From positions 22,945 to 86,944 of the forward strand of contig CAMTUP010000011.1 in the NCBI GenBank assembly GCA_947084945.1: DNA of 64,000 nt, in the 5' to 3' direction. The notes under the pieces are model-generated. The model ran no database searches, had not been told where the DNA came from, and saw only the letters and a program-made list of their open reading frames with translations. Within the stretch, counting starts at the first letter, position 1. Each line of letters begins with the position of its first letter. Shown here one piece after another: positions 10,171 through 19,571 of this stretch. Made by a program: the position numbers and the translations under genes. Origin of the DNA: an uncultured Ignavibacteria bacterium (GTDB lineage Bacteria; Bacteroidota; Ignavibacteria; Tepidaquicellales; OLB5).

Positions 10171-10262
10171 GACGCTGATAAAATACGATAATTATGATGA
10201 ACACAGAAAATTTATCAAGAATGTTCATAAAAAATCATAATATATCTGCGTTAATCAGCGTC
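10171..10262. repeat. Long imperfect inverted repeat / MITE-like element
   Basis: Nested arms GACGCTGAT (10171-79) / ATCAGCGTC (10254-62), ATTATGAT / ATCATAAT and ATGAACA / TGTTCAT. Confidence 0.65.
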
Positions 10263-10285
10263 AAATGTGTTTAAAAATATAGTTA

Positions 10286-11107
10286 ATGGAAAAATTCCCA
10301 AGTTTAGAAGAGCGGCAATACGTAAAAACCAGAAGGCGGGTGCACTCAGTTGCAAAACTTATCGGCAGGTTCAAAGAGGTATTAGTTCAGCCTATTGCAA
10401 AGAGCGATAACCTGTGGTTAAGCGTTGCGAATAAAGGGTTCTGCACACCCCCTATGAATAACTTAAACGAGCTAGAAATAGGCTTCAATACCGAAATACT
10501 TTGCTTAGAAATTGCAGATAATGTAAACAAGTATGTATCGGTTTCGGTTACAGGGAAATCACTGAATGAAATTTGCGTAGAGCTGCTCGAAGCATTAAAG
10601 AATGATTTTGGCGTTAACGCAAACCTTGAAGCAGGTGAATTTGACAACCAAAGAAAAATTGAAATTGATGTAACTGCTGCACAGGAATTCCTTTTGCAGT
10701 TTGTAAATTTTTCTGAATTACTTTCCGCCTTTCATAATAAAATAGCGTTTAATGATGGCGTTAAAACACAAATTTGCCTTTGGCCGCATCATTTTGATAA
10801 TGCATTCAAATGGTTCAGCGGCAGAAAAATTGATGAAATTGATGAGTTTATGGGAATTGGTGTATCAAATGGCGATGAAATGTACGAGCTGCCATATATT
10901 TATATGACTATTTCCCCCGCGCTTAGAAAAATGAATACTCTTGAAATACCCGAAGGCGCATATTTGCACGATACCGAGTGGTCAGGGCTTATTCTGACAT
11001 ACGAGGCTATAATAGAAAAGAAATCTGCTGAAGAACAGGTAGCTTTGGTAAATAATTTTTTTGATGTCGGTTTTAAGGGGATAAAAAGAGGATTTAGTAA
11101 AAGATGA
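10286..11107 (+). CDS. DUF5996-like protein of unknown function
   Basis: LWPHHFDNAFKWFSGR resembles the DUF5996 FW.SFDLA..RFSGR motif; KGFCTPP resembles RGLTT.P; GDE..ELPYIY. Confidence 0.55.
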   Translation: MEKFPSLEERQYVKTRRRVHSVAKLIGRFKEVLVQPIAKSDNLWLSVANKGFCTPPMNNLNELEIGFNTEILCLEIADNVNKYVSVSVTGKSLNEICVELLEALKNDFGVNANLEAGEFDNQRKIEIDVTAAQEFLLQFVNFSELLSAFHNKIAFNDGVKTQICLWPHHFDNAFKWFSGRKIDEIDEFMGIGVSNGDEMYELPYIYMTISPALRKMNTLEIPEGAYLHDTEWSGLILTYEAIIEKKSAEEQVALVNNFFDVGFKGIKRGFSKR

Positions 11108-11265
11108 AACCTTACCACTAATTTCACTAATTAACACGAATTATAGAAAGTAGATTTATAATCAAGTTGCATAGCAACAAAAAGATATCAATGACATTAC
11201 AATAAAATATAATTAATTATCCGTCTCCGCCCGTCAAAAAAAGGCAAGAGGGTATAAACTACAAA

Positions 11266-12045
11266 ATGGCAAAAAAAGAAATAAGAATATTCTGCTGGAA
11301 TGTAAACGGCATAAGGGCAATCTGGAAGAAAGATTTCCCGAAGTGGTTCAAGAAAACAAATCCCGATGTATTATGCATACAAGAAACCAAGGCGCAGCCC
11401 GAACAGGTAGATGATGAGATAAAGAAGTTCAATAGCTGCTGGAGTGATTTCTTTTCTGCTGAGAAAAAAGGGTATTCAGGGGTTGCAACATTTTCTAAGA
11501 TTACACCAGTTTTCGTGAAGAAAGGTTTTGGCAATCCATATTACGATATTGAAGGCAGAGTATTGCAGACTGATTTCAAGGATTTTACAATTTACAATGT
11601 TTACTTTCCAAATGGCGGCAGGGGACCCGAACGCGTAAAATATAAACTCGATTTCTACAACGAGCTTTTCTTCAACATAGAAAAAAAACGCAAGAAGCAG
11701 AAGAATATTATTATATGCGGTGACTTTAATACCGCGCATAAAGAAATTGATCTTGCAAGACCGAAAGAGAATTCAAAGAACACCGGATTTCTTCCCGAAG
11801 AAAGAGCATGGCTTGATCTGATAGTTAATATGGGTTATATAGATATTTTCCGCGAGTATAACGATAAACCTGCGCAATATACATATTGGGACCAGATTAC
11901 CAGAGCAAGAGAGCGGAACGTTGGCTGGAGAATTGATTACTTTTTCATCACCAAAGAAATGAGAAATATGGTAACAGATGCTAAAATTCATTCAAAAGTA
12001 ATGGGAAGCGACCACTGTCCAATAGAGTTAGAATTAAAATTTTAA
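11266..12045 (+). CDS. xth: Exodeoxyribonuclease III / AP endonuclease
   Basis: WNVNGIRA, LCIQETK, GYSGVA, EGR, NVYFPNG, GDFNTAH, GWRIDYF and SDHCP. Confidence 0.97.
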   Translation: MAKKEIRIFCWNVNGIRAIWKKDFPKWFKKTNPDVLCIQETKAQPEQVDDEIKKFNSCWSDFFSAEKKGYSGVATFSKITPVFVKKGFGNPYYDIEGRVLQTDFKDFTIYNVYFPNGGRGPERVKYKLDFYNELFFNIEKKRKKQKNIIICGDFNTAHKEIDLARPKENSKNTGFLPEERAWLDLIVNMGYIDIFREYNDKPAQYTYWDQITRARERNVGWRIDYFFITKEMRNMVTDAKIHSKVMGSDHCPIELELKF

Positions 12046-12332
12046 AATTATTTTCAAAACTCTAATACCTTTACGGTATAACAAAAACATTGGAATAACA
12101 TAGAATTATAGAAATTTAATGCGTTACTACCTATATGTCGGTATAGGAAACGCTAACCATTATCCTTATAATTGTCTTAAGAAACAATTAACAAAATATG
12201 ATACATTGTGAATTAATCAAGACCGTAAAATAATGTGCAAAAAACAAATTAAAATATACTGAAATTATTTATAAGTTTCCTTCTATAGATTTACTTTTGA
12301 TTTTCTTCATGTTGTTTCTTCTTCATTCCCCC

Positions 12333-12364
12333 AGCCGCTGTGGTAACGTAGCGGCTACTTTTTT
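12333..12364. terminator. Hairpin AGCCGCT(G)...(T)AGCGGCT followed by a T-tract, between convergent xth and GT4; could also be a GTAG-tagged REP on the minus strand
   Basis: 7-8 bp GC-rich stem followed by ACTTTTTT on the plus strand; the minus strand begins GTAGCCGC. Confidence 0.5.
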
Positions 12365-12419
12365 CCCGGTAAACCGTTTGAATATTTAATCAACGAAGCG
12401 CTTTATATATGCAATATAA

Positions 12420-13607
12420 TTAAGTCAGCAAGGACTTAACAATTTTAATATACCTCTCGCGCATTATCTCCCAGTTTACTTTATCGTAATCCGCTCTTGC
12501 GCTAGCGGTTTTTTTGCTTACAAGTTCCTTATTATAATATACCTCTTTAATCTGCCGTGAAAGTTCATCAACATTGCCGGAATCAAAATAAAAAAGGGAA
12601 TCTTCACTGTAATATTTCAGGTATGTATTAAGCCTTGTAGCTATAACGGGAATTTTGAGGTAAATAGTTTCTATGAGCTTGATAGTATAAAAAAGATCGC
12701 TGTAAATATTTTTTTCAGGTGGAAGTATCAGCACACTTGCTTTAATGACCTCTTTTCTCATTTCGGCAGGCTGTAAGTAGCCCATATACTGTACCTTGCT
12801 TTCGACCCCACTTTCTTTAGCATGTAAAAGAATTTCTTTAAGCGCGGGTCCATCGCCATAAAGCCGGAATACTATCTTACTGTAATCCGCTTCAGGCATT
12901 TCAGCTTGAAGCTTTGCTATAGCTTCAACCACAAGGGTAAGATTAAGCAGTTTTACAATCGTGCCGTTATAAATAATAACGAATTCATTTTCTGAAGGAG
13001 AAGCAGGCAAAGGAAACTCTTTGGGGTCAACTGAATTCATAACAACATGAATTTTATTTTTTGCGCTCTTAACGCGGTTTGCGAAAATATCCTTTGCATT
13101 ATCGTGAATAGTAATTACTACATCAGCGATACCGATTGAAAGTTTCTCTGCCAGCTTAAGTAGTTTAACTTTGAATGAATTAAACCCTGCGCCTGTTCGC
13201 GCCATATAAAGCTCGGGGAATATCTCATGGAGGTCTAAAATAAGCTTTGCGCCAAAAAGCTTGTTCCACAACGCGGCAAATATGAGGAAATCAGGCAGAG
13301 TGTGGGTGTGAATTACCTTAAAGCGGTATTTTAATCCGGTATATATAAGCAAAAATGATGATATCCAGGAGAAAAGTAGGTATTCAATAAATGTAAATAA
13401 AAAACTCCCGCGTTTTTTTGAAACAGGGATTCTGTAAATCAGGTTACCATTTAGTTCCTGGAAATAAGGATCGTTTTTTTTCTTAGAGCAAATAATAATA
13501 CAGTAAATACTTTTTTCATTAAGAGCATTTACGTAACGCCTTACCCTTGGATCTCTGGGGTATTCTTCATAAAGCAGGTGACATACGCGGTATCGTTTTT
13601 TTTCCAT
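12420..13607 (-). CDS. Glycosyltransferase family 4 (GT-B)
   Basis: DPRVRR, HTHTLPDF, DLHE..PE, Y.GTI, KLIE...L..PVIAT. Confidence 0.88.
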   Translation of the reverse strand: MEKKRYRVCHLLYEEYPRDPRVRRYVNALNEKSIYCIIICSKKKNDPYFQELNGNLIYRIPVSKKRGSFLFTFIEYLLFSWISSFLLIYTGLKYRFKVIHTHTLPDFLIFAALWNKLFGAKLILDLHEIFPELYMARTGAGFNSFKVKLLKLAEKLSIGIADVVITIHDNAKDIFANRVKSAKNKIHVVMNSVDPKEFPLPASPSENEFVIIYNGTIVKLLNLTLVVEAIAKLQAEMPEADYSKIVFRLYGDGPALKEILLHAKESGVESKVQYMGYLQPAEMRKEVIKASVLILPPEKNIYSDLFYTIKLIETIYLKIPVIATRLNTYLKYYSEDSLFYFDSGNVDELSRQIKEVYYNKELVSKKTASARADYDKVNWEIMRERYIKIVKSLLT

Positions 13608-13761
13608 TTAAAAATTAAATATTGAATTGGTCCAACAGACTACTCCGAAGAAGTAATCTAATTTAAACCCAAATTGCTAATTTTTTAACAATTTTAATAG
13701 GATTTAATATATAATAAAATATATTTATTATTAATAATAAATTTACGCAAAATCATAAAAT

Positions 13762-14697
13762 TTGGATAAAATTTCAGTAATAATCCCGGTTTATTTCAAT
13801 GCAGATGTATTGAAAGAAACACACTCGGTTTTGAGTTCAATCTTAAATGAGCATAACCAAAAATTTGAATACGAACTAGTATTCGTTGATGACGGCTCAA
13901 AAGATGAATCATATAAAGTTATGCAGGAAATATCTGCAAACGACCCTAGGGTCAAACTGGTAAAGCTTTCCAAAAATCACGGTGCATATGTTGCAATACT
14001 TTCAGGTATGAGTTTTGCAACAGGTGATGCAGTTGTGTTCTTAGCTGCTGATTTACAGGACCCGCCGGAGCTTATCCCGCAAATGTATGATGAATGGGTT
14101 AAGGGGAAAAAACGAGATCTTGTTCTTTGCATTAGACAAAGCCGCTCGGACCCGTTTTTATCGAAATTATTTTCAGCTGCATTTTATAAAATATTCCGCT
14201 TGCTGGTTTTACCGGAGTATCCAAAAACCGGATTTGATCTTTGCATGATAAACAAAGAGCAGGCAAAGATACTTGTAGATATGGACGAAAAGAACTCACA
14301 CTTAACCGTTCAGATAATATGGCTGGGATTTGGCAGGAGGTTTTTACAATATCACCGCAGGGAGCGCAAGCACGGCAAATCACGCTGGTCATTTTTTAAA
14401 AGGCTTAAACTTGCCTTTGATACTTTCTTCGGATTTTCGGCAAGACCGCTTAGAATTGCCTCCTTTATCGGAATGCTTGTCTGGCTGCCTGCTCTATTGC
14501 TGGCGGTTTATGTCATACTCAGGAAAATAATTTCGGATGTACCATTATTTGGAATACCTTCTGTGATAGTAGCAATATTTATAACAGGCGGATTTATCCT
14601 GTTGAGCATTGGCATTATTGGCGAATACTTATGGCGTAATTTTGATGCAACGAGGAAGCGCCCAACATTTATTGTAGAAGAAACAAAGAATATTTAG
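13762..14697 (+). CDS. GT2 polyprenol-phosphate glycosyltransferase (GtrB/ArnC/CsbB-like)
   Basis: ISVIIPVYFN, VFVDDGSKD, LSKNHG, AADLQDPPELIP, G.SRWSF, two C-terminal TM helices, GIIGEYL...RP.FIV. Confidence 0.92.
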   Translation: MDKISVIIPVYFNADVLKETHSVLSSILNEHNQKFEYELVFVDDGSKDESYKVMQEISANDPRVKLVKLSKNHGAYVAILSGMSFATGDAVVFLAADLQDPPELIPQMYDEWVKGKKRDLVLCIRQSRSDPFLSKLFSAAFYKIFRLLVLPEYPKTGFDLCMINKEQAKILVDMDEKNSHLTVQIIWLGFGRRFLQYHRRERKHGKSRWSFFKRLKLAFDTFFGFSARPLRIASFIGMLVWLPALLLAVYVILRKIISDVPLFGIPSVIVAIFITGGFILLSIGIIGEYLWRNFDATRKRPTFIVEETKNI

Positions 14698-14803
14698 AAT
14701 TCCTTATCCCTCCTTCGGAAGGATGAGGGTAAAAATGATTTTTATTTTATTGTACCATTATTAAGTTTTAAGAAATAGTGATTGATATATTAAGTAAACA
14801 TTA

Positions 14804-16009
14804 ATGATAGAACTTCCCGTAATACATTTTGACTGTATCTATTTTTATGGAGATAGACCATGCAAGCCCAACAAGGAGCAGGGTATATTCTGCGGAAGTT
14901 GTACTTATTATGAAAAGGATATTTCGTTAAAGGGAGTATTTACGGAAATACCAGACGTTAATATCACAAACGATTCCGAAGGCGAAAAGAAAATTATCAT
15001 TGTTAAACTTGATGCTGTTGGCGATGTACTTAGAACAACATCAATACTGCCCACACTGAAAGAAAAGTTTATAGATTGCAGCATAACCTGGATAACCAAA
15101 GAACAATCTTACGAAGTGCTTAAGGATAACGATATGATAGATGAGATATATTTTATAACTGATGAACTTGAATATGTTACCCGTAGCATATTTGATATTG
15201 CAATAAATCTTGATAGCGGTACTGATAGCTGCGAAATAATGAATACTATAAATGCAAAAGCAAAGTTTGGCTATCAAATTGTAAACGGCAAACCTTACCC
15301 ACTAAACAAACTTGCTAATGAATGGTATTTGATGGGTGTAAACGATACCGTAAAGAAGCAAAATACAAAGACTTACCATGAAATTATACACGAAATATGC
15401 GGCTTTAAGTATGAAGGCTCAGAGCCTTATATTCACCTTCCACCTGAGAAAAGAAATCGCGCAGAAGAGCTTAGGGAAAACTTTGGATTGAAGAGGTTTG
15501 TTAAATTAATTCTTGTAAATCTTGGAGGCGGAAACCGCTGGCAGTATAAAAAGTGGACAGCCGAAGGATATACCGAACTTGTTGAAATACTTAGTGCAAA
15601 GCATCCCGATACAGCAATTGGGATAGTAGCGGGTGATGAAGACAAGGAGTTTTATGAAAAAATATCAGATGAACTAAATAAACTTAACAGAGAAAACATA
15701 ATTTTCTTTGGCACAGATAATCCGATGGAAGATTTTATTTGCATTGTATCGCTTGCCTTGGATGTCTTTACATCAGATTCGCTTTGCTTTCACATAGCAA
15801 CATCGCTTAGAAAATATACAGCAGTTATAGTGGGACCAACATCACATACAGAGCTTGATGTATTTGGGAATGGGAAGATTATATATTCAGATAAAGTTGA
15901 TTGCCTTTCGTGCTATCTTAACAAATGCAATAAAACAATAACCTGCATGAACACCATTAAGGCAGAAGATATTTCAGAAATATTTACCGTAACTAACAAA
16001 GAAAACTAA
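14804..16009 (+). CDS. GT9 heptosyltransferase-like protein with Cys-rich N- and C-termini
   Basis: IIIVKLDAVGDVLRTT, NLGGG..W..KKW, TSDSLCFHIA, GPT; C11/C20/C30/C33 and a C-terminal CLSCYLNKC...C. Confidence 0.85.
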   Translation: MIELPVIHFDCIYFYGDRPCKPNKEQGIFCGSCTYYEKDISLKGVFTEIPDVNITNDSEGEKKIIIVKLDAVGDVLRTTSILPTLKEKFIDCSITWITKEQSYEVLKDNDMIDEIYFITDELEYVTRSIFDIAINLDSGTDSCEIMNTINAKAKFGYQIVNGKPYPLNKLANEWYLMGVNDTVKKQNTKTYHEIIHEICGFKYEGSEPYIHLPPEKRNRAEELRENFGLKRFVKLILVNLGGGNRWQYKKWTAEGYTELVEILSAKHPDTAIGIVAGDEDKEFYEKISDELNKLNRENIIFFGTDNPMEDFICIVSLALDVFTSDSLCFHIATSLRKYTAVIVGPTSHTELDVFGNGKIIYSDKVDCLSCYLNKCNKTITCMNTIKAEDISEIFTVTNKEN

Positions 16010-16023
16010 CTAATAGCTTCCAA

Positions 16024-17118
16024 TTGATAAATACGGATAATTTGAAAGTAGTTTACCTCACTTCCGAAAGCTATATAGACCACAGCTACACCGTTATACA
16101 AGAATTGCAAAAGCATATTGAGCTAAAAGTATTTATACAGGCAAAGGAACAAACCATTGAAATTGACAGGTGGTGTAAAAAGTTCAGCGCAGAGTTTGTT
16201 CAGAGAAGGCGTTTCCGCAATCCGTTAAGTTTTATCTCAGAGATACTTTTTCTTAACCGTATAAGGAAGTTGAAGCCCGATGTTGTTTGGTTTAACACTA
16301 TGACCGTTTACCAGGTTTTGCTGGCTGATATTTTATTGAAGAAATTCCTTGTAGTAATGCATGATGTTGACCTGCACCCTGAATCAAGTGATAGACATGG
16401 ACTGTTTTCGGTAAAAATGACGATGAAGTTTGCATTGAAAAAAATATGCGCTGCAAGCAAAACACAGGCTGAAATTTTCAATACACTGCATGGCTTTTTT
16501 CCACCGGTATTTCAATTACCGGTGATAAATTATTATAAGGAGTGCGGAGAAGAAATTGTCTCATCAAAAAAATCTTCAAAAGTAAAGTTCTTTTTCTTCG
16601 GTTCGGTTGAGCGGTATAAAGGAATTGATACTCTGCTTGATGCTGCTGAAATTCTGCAAAGCAAAGGACTTGAGTTTGAGCTTAACATTTATGGCATGCT
16701 TAAATATGATAAGGAAGTAATTATAAATAGGATACGGAATATTATAAATGCAAGCATATATAATGAGTTCATAGATTATAAAAAGATACATAGCATATAT
16801 AAACAAAATGATGTTCTTGTTTTGCCTTACAAAGAGGTTACTCAATGCGGTCCTTTATTAATCGGCTACAGCGAAAGCGTGCCTGCTATTTGCAGTGATC
16901 TTAACGGATTCCGCGAGTATGTTAGCGATAGCGTTGACAGCGTTATTTTTGATAACACAGCCGCGGGACTTGCCCGAAAGATGGAAGAGATAATAAAAGA
17001 TCCATCTATAATTCAAAAACTCTCAAGTGGAATTGAAAACAATGCGGTAAAGAAGTTTTCTATGACTTCACTTGCCGGAGATTATGTTGAGAATTTTAAA
17101 AAGAGTGCAGGAAATTAA
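16024..17118 (+). CDS. Glycosyltransferase family 4 (GT-B), TTG start
   Basis: FFFFGSVERYKGIDTLLDA, DVLVLPY...TQCG, P.ICSDL.GF.EYV. Confidence 0.85.
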   Translation: MINTDNLKVVYLTSESYIDHSYTVIQELQKHIELKVFIQAKEQTIEIDRWCKKFSAEFVQRRRFRNPLSFISEILFLNRIRKLKPDVVWFNTMTVYQVLLADILLKKFLVVMHDVDLHPESSDRHGLFSVKMTMKFALKKICAASKTQAEIFNTLHGFFPPVFQLPVINYYKECGEEIVSSKKSSKVKFFFFGSVERYKGIDTLLDAAEILQSKGLEFELNIYGMLKYDKEVIINRIRNIINASIYNEFIDYKKIHSIYKQNDVLVLPYKEVTQCGPLLIGYSESVPAICSDLNGFREYVSDSVDSVIFDNTAAGLARKMEEIIKDPSIIQKLSSGIENNAVKKFSMTSLAGDYVENFKKSAGN

Positions 17119-17204
17119 CTTACTTAAGGTGACAGTTTTCTGTCTGCCGTTAAGGTCTTTAGAAAAAACCAGATTTTCAATTTATGAATTAACCCCGACA
17201 TTTA

Positions 17205-17302
17205 GAATCTGTCTCAAAAATCCTAATTTTGAAAAATTTATGTTAAAATTATTAAAGATTCCTGCTTTCGCAGGAATGACAAAGTACTTTTGAGACAGAC
17301 TC
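17205..17302. mobile_element. 98-bp MITE-like element with 15-bp terminal inverted repeats enclosing a REP palindrome
   Basis: Left GAATCTGTCTCAAAA (17205-19) vs right arm reverse complement GAGTCTGTCTCAAAA (17288-302), 14/15 match; internal AGATTCCTGCTTTCGCAGGAATGAC at 17256-80. Confidence 0.65.
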
Positions 17303-17412
17303 AGGAACTTGGGAACGAGAATTTAAGAAAAGTGGAATTAGCGATAATTATATTTTTTATACTTTAATATATGGTTATTTTAGAGGCAGTAAAAAAAATC
17401 AAAAGTTTTTAA

Positions 17413-18318
17413 ATGAAAATATTAGTAACAGGCGGTGCGGGATTCATCGGTTCTCATGTTGTGGATGTGCTGATGGAACAGGGTCATACTGTAATTATAT
17501 ACGACATAGAACCACCAATTTATGGACAAAAATGCGAAAACATAATTGGCGATGTAAACAATATAGAGAAGTTACATAAATCGACAAAAGGAATTGATGT
17601 AATTTATCACATGGCAGCTCAGGCTAATGTTAATATATTTTACCAAGAGCCTGTTGTATCTAACATGAATACATCCAACTCAACAATAAATGTGCTTGAA
17701 GCAGCAAGAGAAAATAATGTTGGGCGCGTACTGCTATCATCAACTGAATGGATATACGGCAGTGTAGAAGGTGACGATGATACACAGATTACCGAAGAAA
17801 CAATTTATGCTCAGAATCCCGACCACTTATATACATCCTCAAAAATTGCAGCAGAGATGTTCTGTAAAAATTACAAAACACTATACGGCGTTAATTATAC
17901 AATAATGCGTTACGGGATTCCATTTGGCGAGCGCGCAAGACCTGCAACGGTTACTCCAATATTTATTGATAAAATATTAACCGGAGGCGAAATTACAATA
18001 CACGGCACAGGGAGTCAAACCAGACAATTTATTTACGTGCGCGATCTTGCTGAAGGAAATGTTAGCTGTTTAAAACCCGAAGGCGAAAACCAGATTTTTA
18101 ATATCAACGGCAGGGAAGTAATTAAGGTAAAAGATATAGTAACAATTCTTGAAGAGATACTCGGTAAAAAGGCAAAGTTGAAATTCATAGAAGATAGAAA
18201 AGGTAATTACAAAGGAAGGTTTATTTCAAGCGAAAAAGCTGAGCAGATGCTTGGCTGGAAGCCTAAGTATTCATACAGAGAAGCTATGGAGAAATATGTG
18301 AAGACAATTGTTGGGTGA
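17413..18318 (+). CDS. NAD-dependent nucleotide-sugar epimerase/dehydratase (extended SDR)
   Basis: VTGGAGFIGSH, HMAAQ, SST, YTSSK (YxxxK), R.FIYV.D. Confidence 0.93.
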   Translation: MKILVTGGAGFIGSHVVDVLMEQGHTVIIYDIEPPIYGQKCENIIGDVNNIEKLHKSTKGIDVIYHMAAQANVNIFYQEPVVSNMNTSNSTINVLEAARENNVGRVLLSSTEWIYGSVEGDDDTQITEETIYAQNPDHLYTSSKIAAEMFCKNYKTLYGVNYTIMRYGIPFGERARPATVTPIFIDKILTGGEITIHGTGSQTRQFIYVRDLAEGNVSCLKPEGENQIFNINGREVIKVKDIVTILEEILGKKAKLKFIEDRKGNYKGRFISSEKAEQMLGWKPKYSYREAMEKYVKTIVG

Positions 18319-18327
18319 TGATAAAGC

Positions 18328-18412
18328 AGTAGCACAGACATTCTTGTCTGTGAATACATATAACGGAACTATTTTAATAAAATTGTACACAGGCAGGAAT
18401 GTCTGTGTTACT
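18328..18412. repeat. Inverted pair of GTAG-tagged REP palindromes (REPIN-like)
   Basis: AGTAGCACAGACATTCTTGTCTGTG (18328-52) vs reverse complement of CACAGGCAGGAATGTCTGTGTTACT (18388-412), 22/25 match; each arm is itself a hairpin. Confidence 0.75.
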
Positions 18413-18427
18413 AACTGAACCAGGAAA

Positions 18428-19432
18428 TTGAAAAACAAAGTATTAGTAATTGGCGGGGCGGGGTATCTTGGGGCAGTTTTAACGGATAGACTGCTTAAAG
18501 AAGGATATACTGTAAGGATACTGGATAGCTTTATTTATGGAAAGAGATCAGTGGAAAAATATGCAGATGATAACAGGGTTGAAATAATAGAAGGCGATAT
18601 ACGCAATATTGAAACCGTTAATCTTGCAATACGCGATGCTGGCAGCGTTATACTTCTTGCTGCTGTTGTGGGTGACCCCGCAAGCAAAGCAAGACCAGAG
18701 CAAACGGTTGAAACAAACTTTCTTGCGGCTCAGGTTGTAGCTTCATCGGCAAAAATAGCCGGAGTAGAGAAATTCATTTACGCCTCAACATGCAGTGTTT
18801 ATGGTGTTAGCAGTGATATACTTGACGAAGAGGCACCGCTGAATCCGGTTAGCCTGTATGCGAAGACAAAGATTTCCAGCGAAGAAAGTATCATGGGTAT
18901 TGCAGATGATAAGTTTAAACCTGTGATAATGAGGATGTCAACATTATATGGCTTTTCACCCAGAATGCGTTTTGATTTGGTTGTAAATACCATGACAATG
19001 ACCGCTTTCACCGAAGGAAAAATAAATGTCTTTGGCGGTAATCAGTGGCGCCCGCTGCTTTCTCTACCCGATGCCGCAGAGGCATATTTAAAAGTATTAG
19101 AGTGTGAGCAATCAGCAGGCAGAATATATAACGTAGGTTCAGAAAAACAGAATTATGTAATTTCCGATGTTGCAAAACTTGTTGCAAAAGGAATTAAAGA
19201 AGTAAGCGGAAAAGAAATCCCCGTAAATATTGAAGGCGATAGCGTTGATGCCAGAAATTACAGGGTGTCATTTAAGAAAATACAGAACGAACTTGGATTT
19301 AAGGTTAAATACTCAATAAGCAATGCTGCTGCTGAAATATGGGGTAAATTGGAATCAAAAGAAATTAAAGACCCGAATCAGAAAGTTTATTATAACCATT
19401 ATTTTGATTCAAGCGAAGAGCTGATTGGGTAA
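18428..19432 (+). CDS. NAD-dependent epimerase/dehydratase (extended SDR), TTG start
   Basis: VIGGAGYLG, LAAVVGDPA, ASTCSVYG, YAKTK, RMRFDLVVN, QWRP. Confidence 0.92.
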   Translation: MKNKVLVIGGAGYLGAVLTDRLLKEGYTVRILDSFIYGKRSVEKYADDNRVEIIEGDIRNIETVNLAIRDAGSVILLAAVVGDPASKARPEQTVETNFLAAQVVASSAKIAGVEKFIYASTCSVYGVSSDILDEEAPLNPVSLYAKTKISSEESIMGIADDKFKPVIMRMSTLYGFSPRMRFDLVVNTMTMTAFTEGKINVFGGNQWRPLLSLPDAAEAYLKVLECEQSAGRIYNVGSEKQNYVISDVAKLVAKGIKEVSGKEIPVNIEGDSVDARNYRVSFKKIQNELGFKVKYSISNAAAEIWGKLESKEIKDPNQKVYYNHYFDSSEELIG

Positions 19433-19460
19433 TGAATAATGAACAATGAGCAATATTTTC

Positions 19461-19555
19461 AAAATCCCCATTGTTGATTAACGCAGGATGAAGAGATTGA
19501 TGAATTGAAATCTTTAAGAAAATTATAAATTTCGTCCCCCTTTATAAGGGGGATT
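19461..19555 (+). repeat. AAAATCCCCA...TCCCCCTTTATAAGGGGGA element, copy 1
   Basis: Terminal palindrome at 19535-19553; same architecture at 20540-20632 and 28557-28651. Confidence 0.7.
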
Positions 19556-19571
19556 AAAAGCAGGATATTAT

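Noticed and set aside
12338-12352. GTGGTAACGT resembling an ops/JUMPstart element near the glycan locus
   Set aside because: Only a partial match, not in a 5' leader of the glycan operon, and better explained as a terminator/REP stem-loop.
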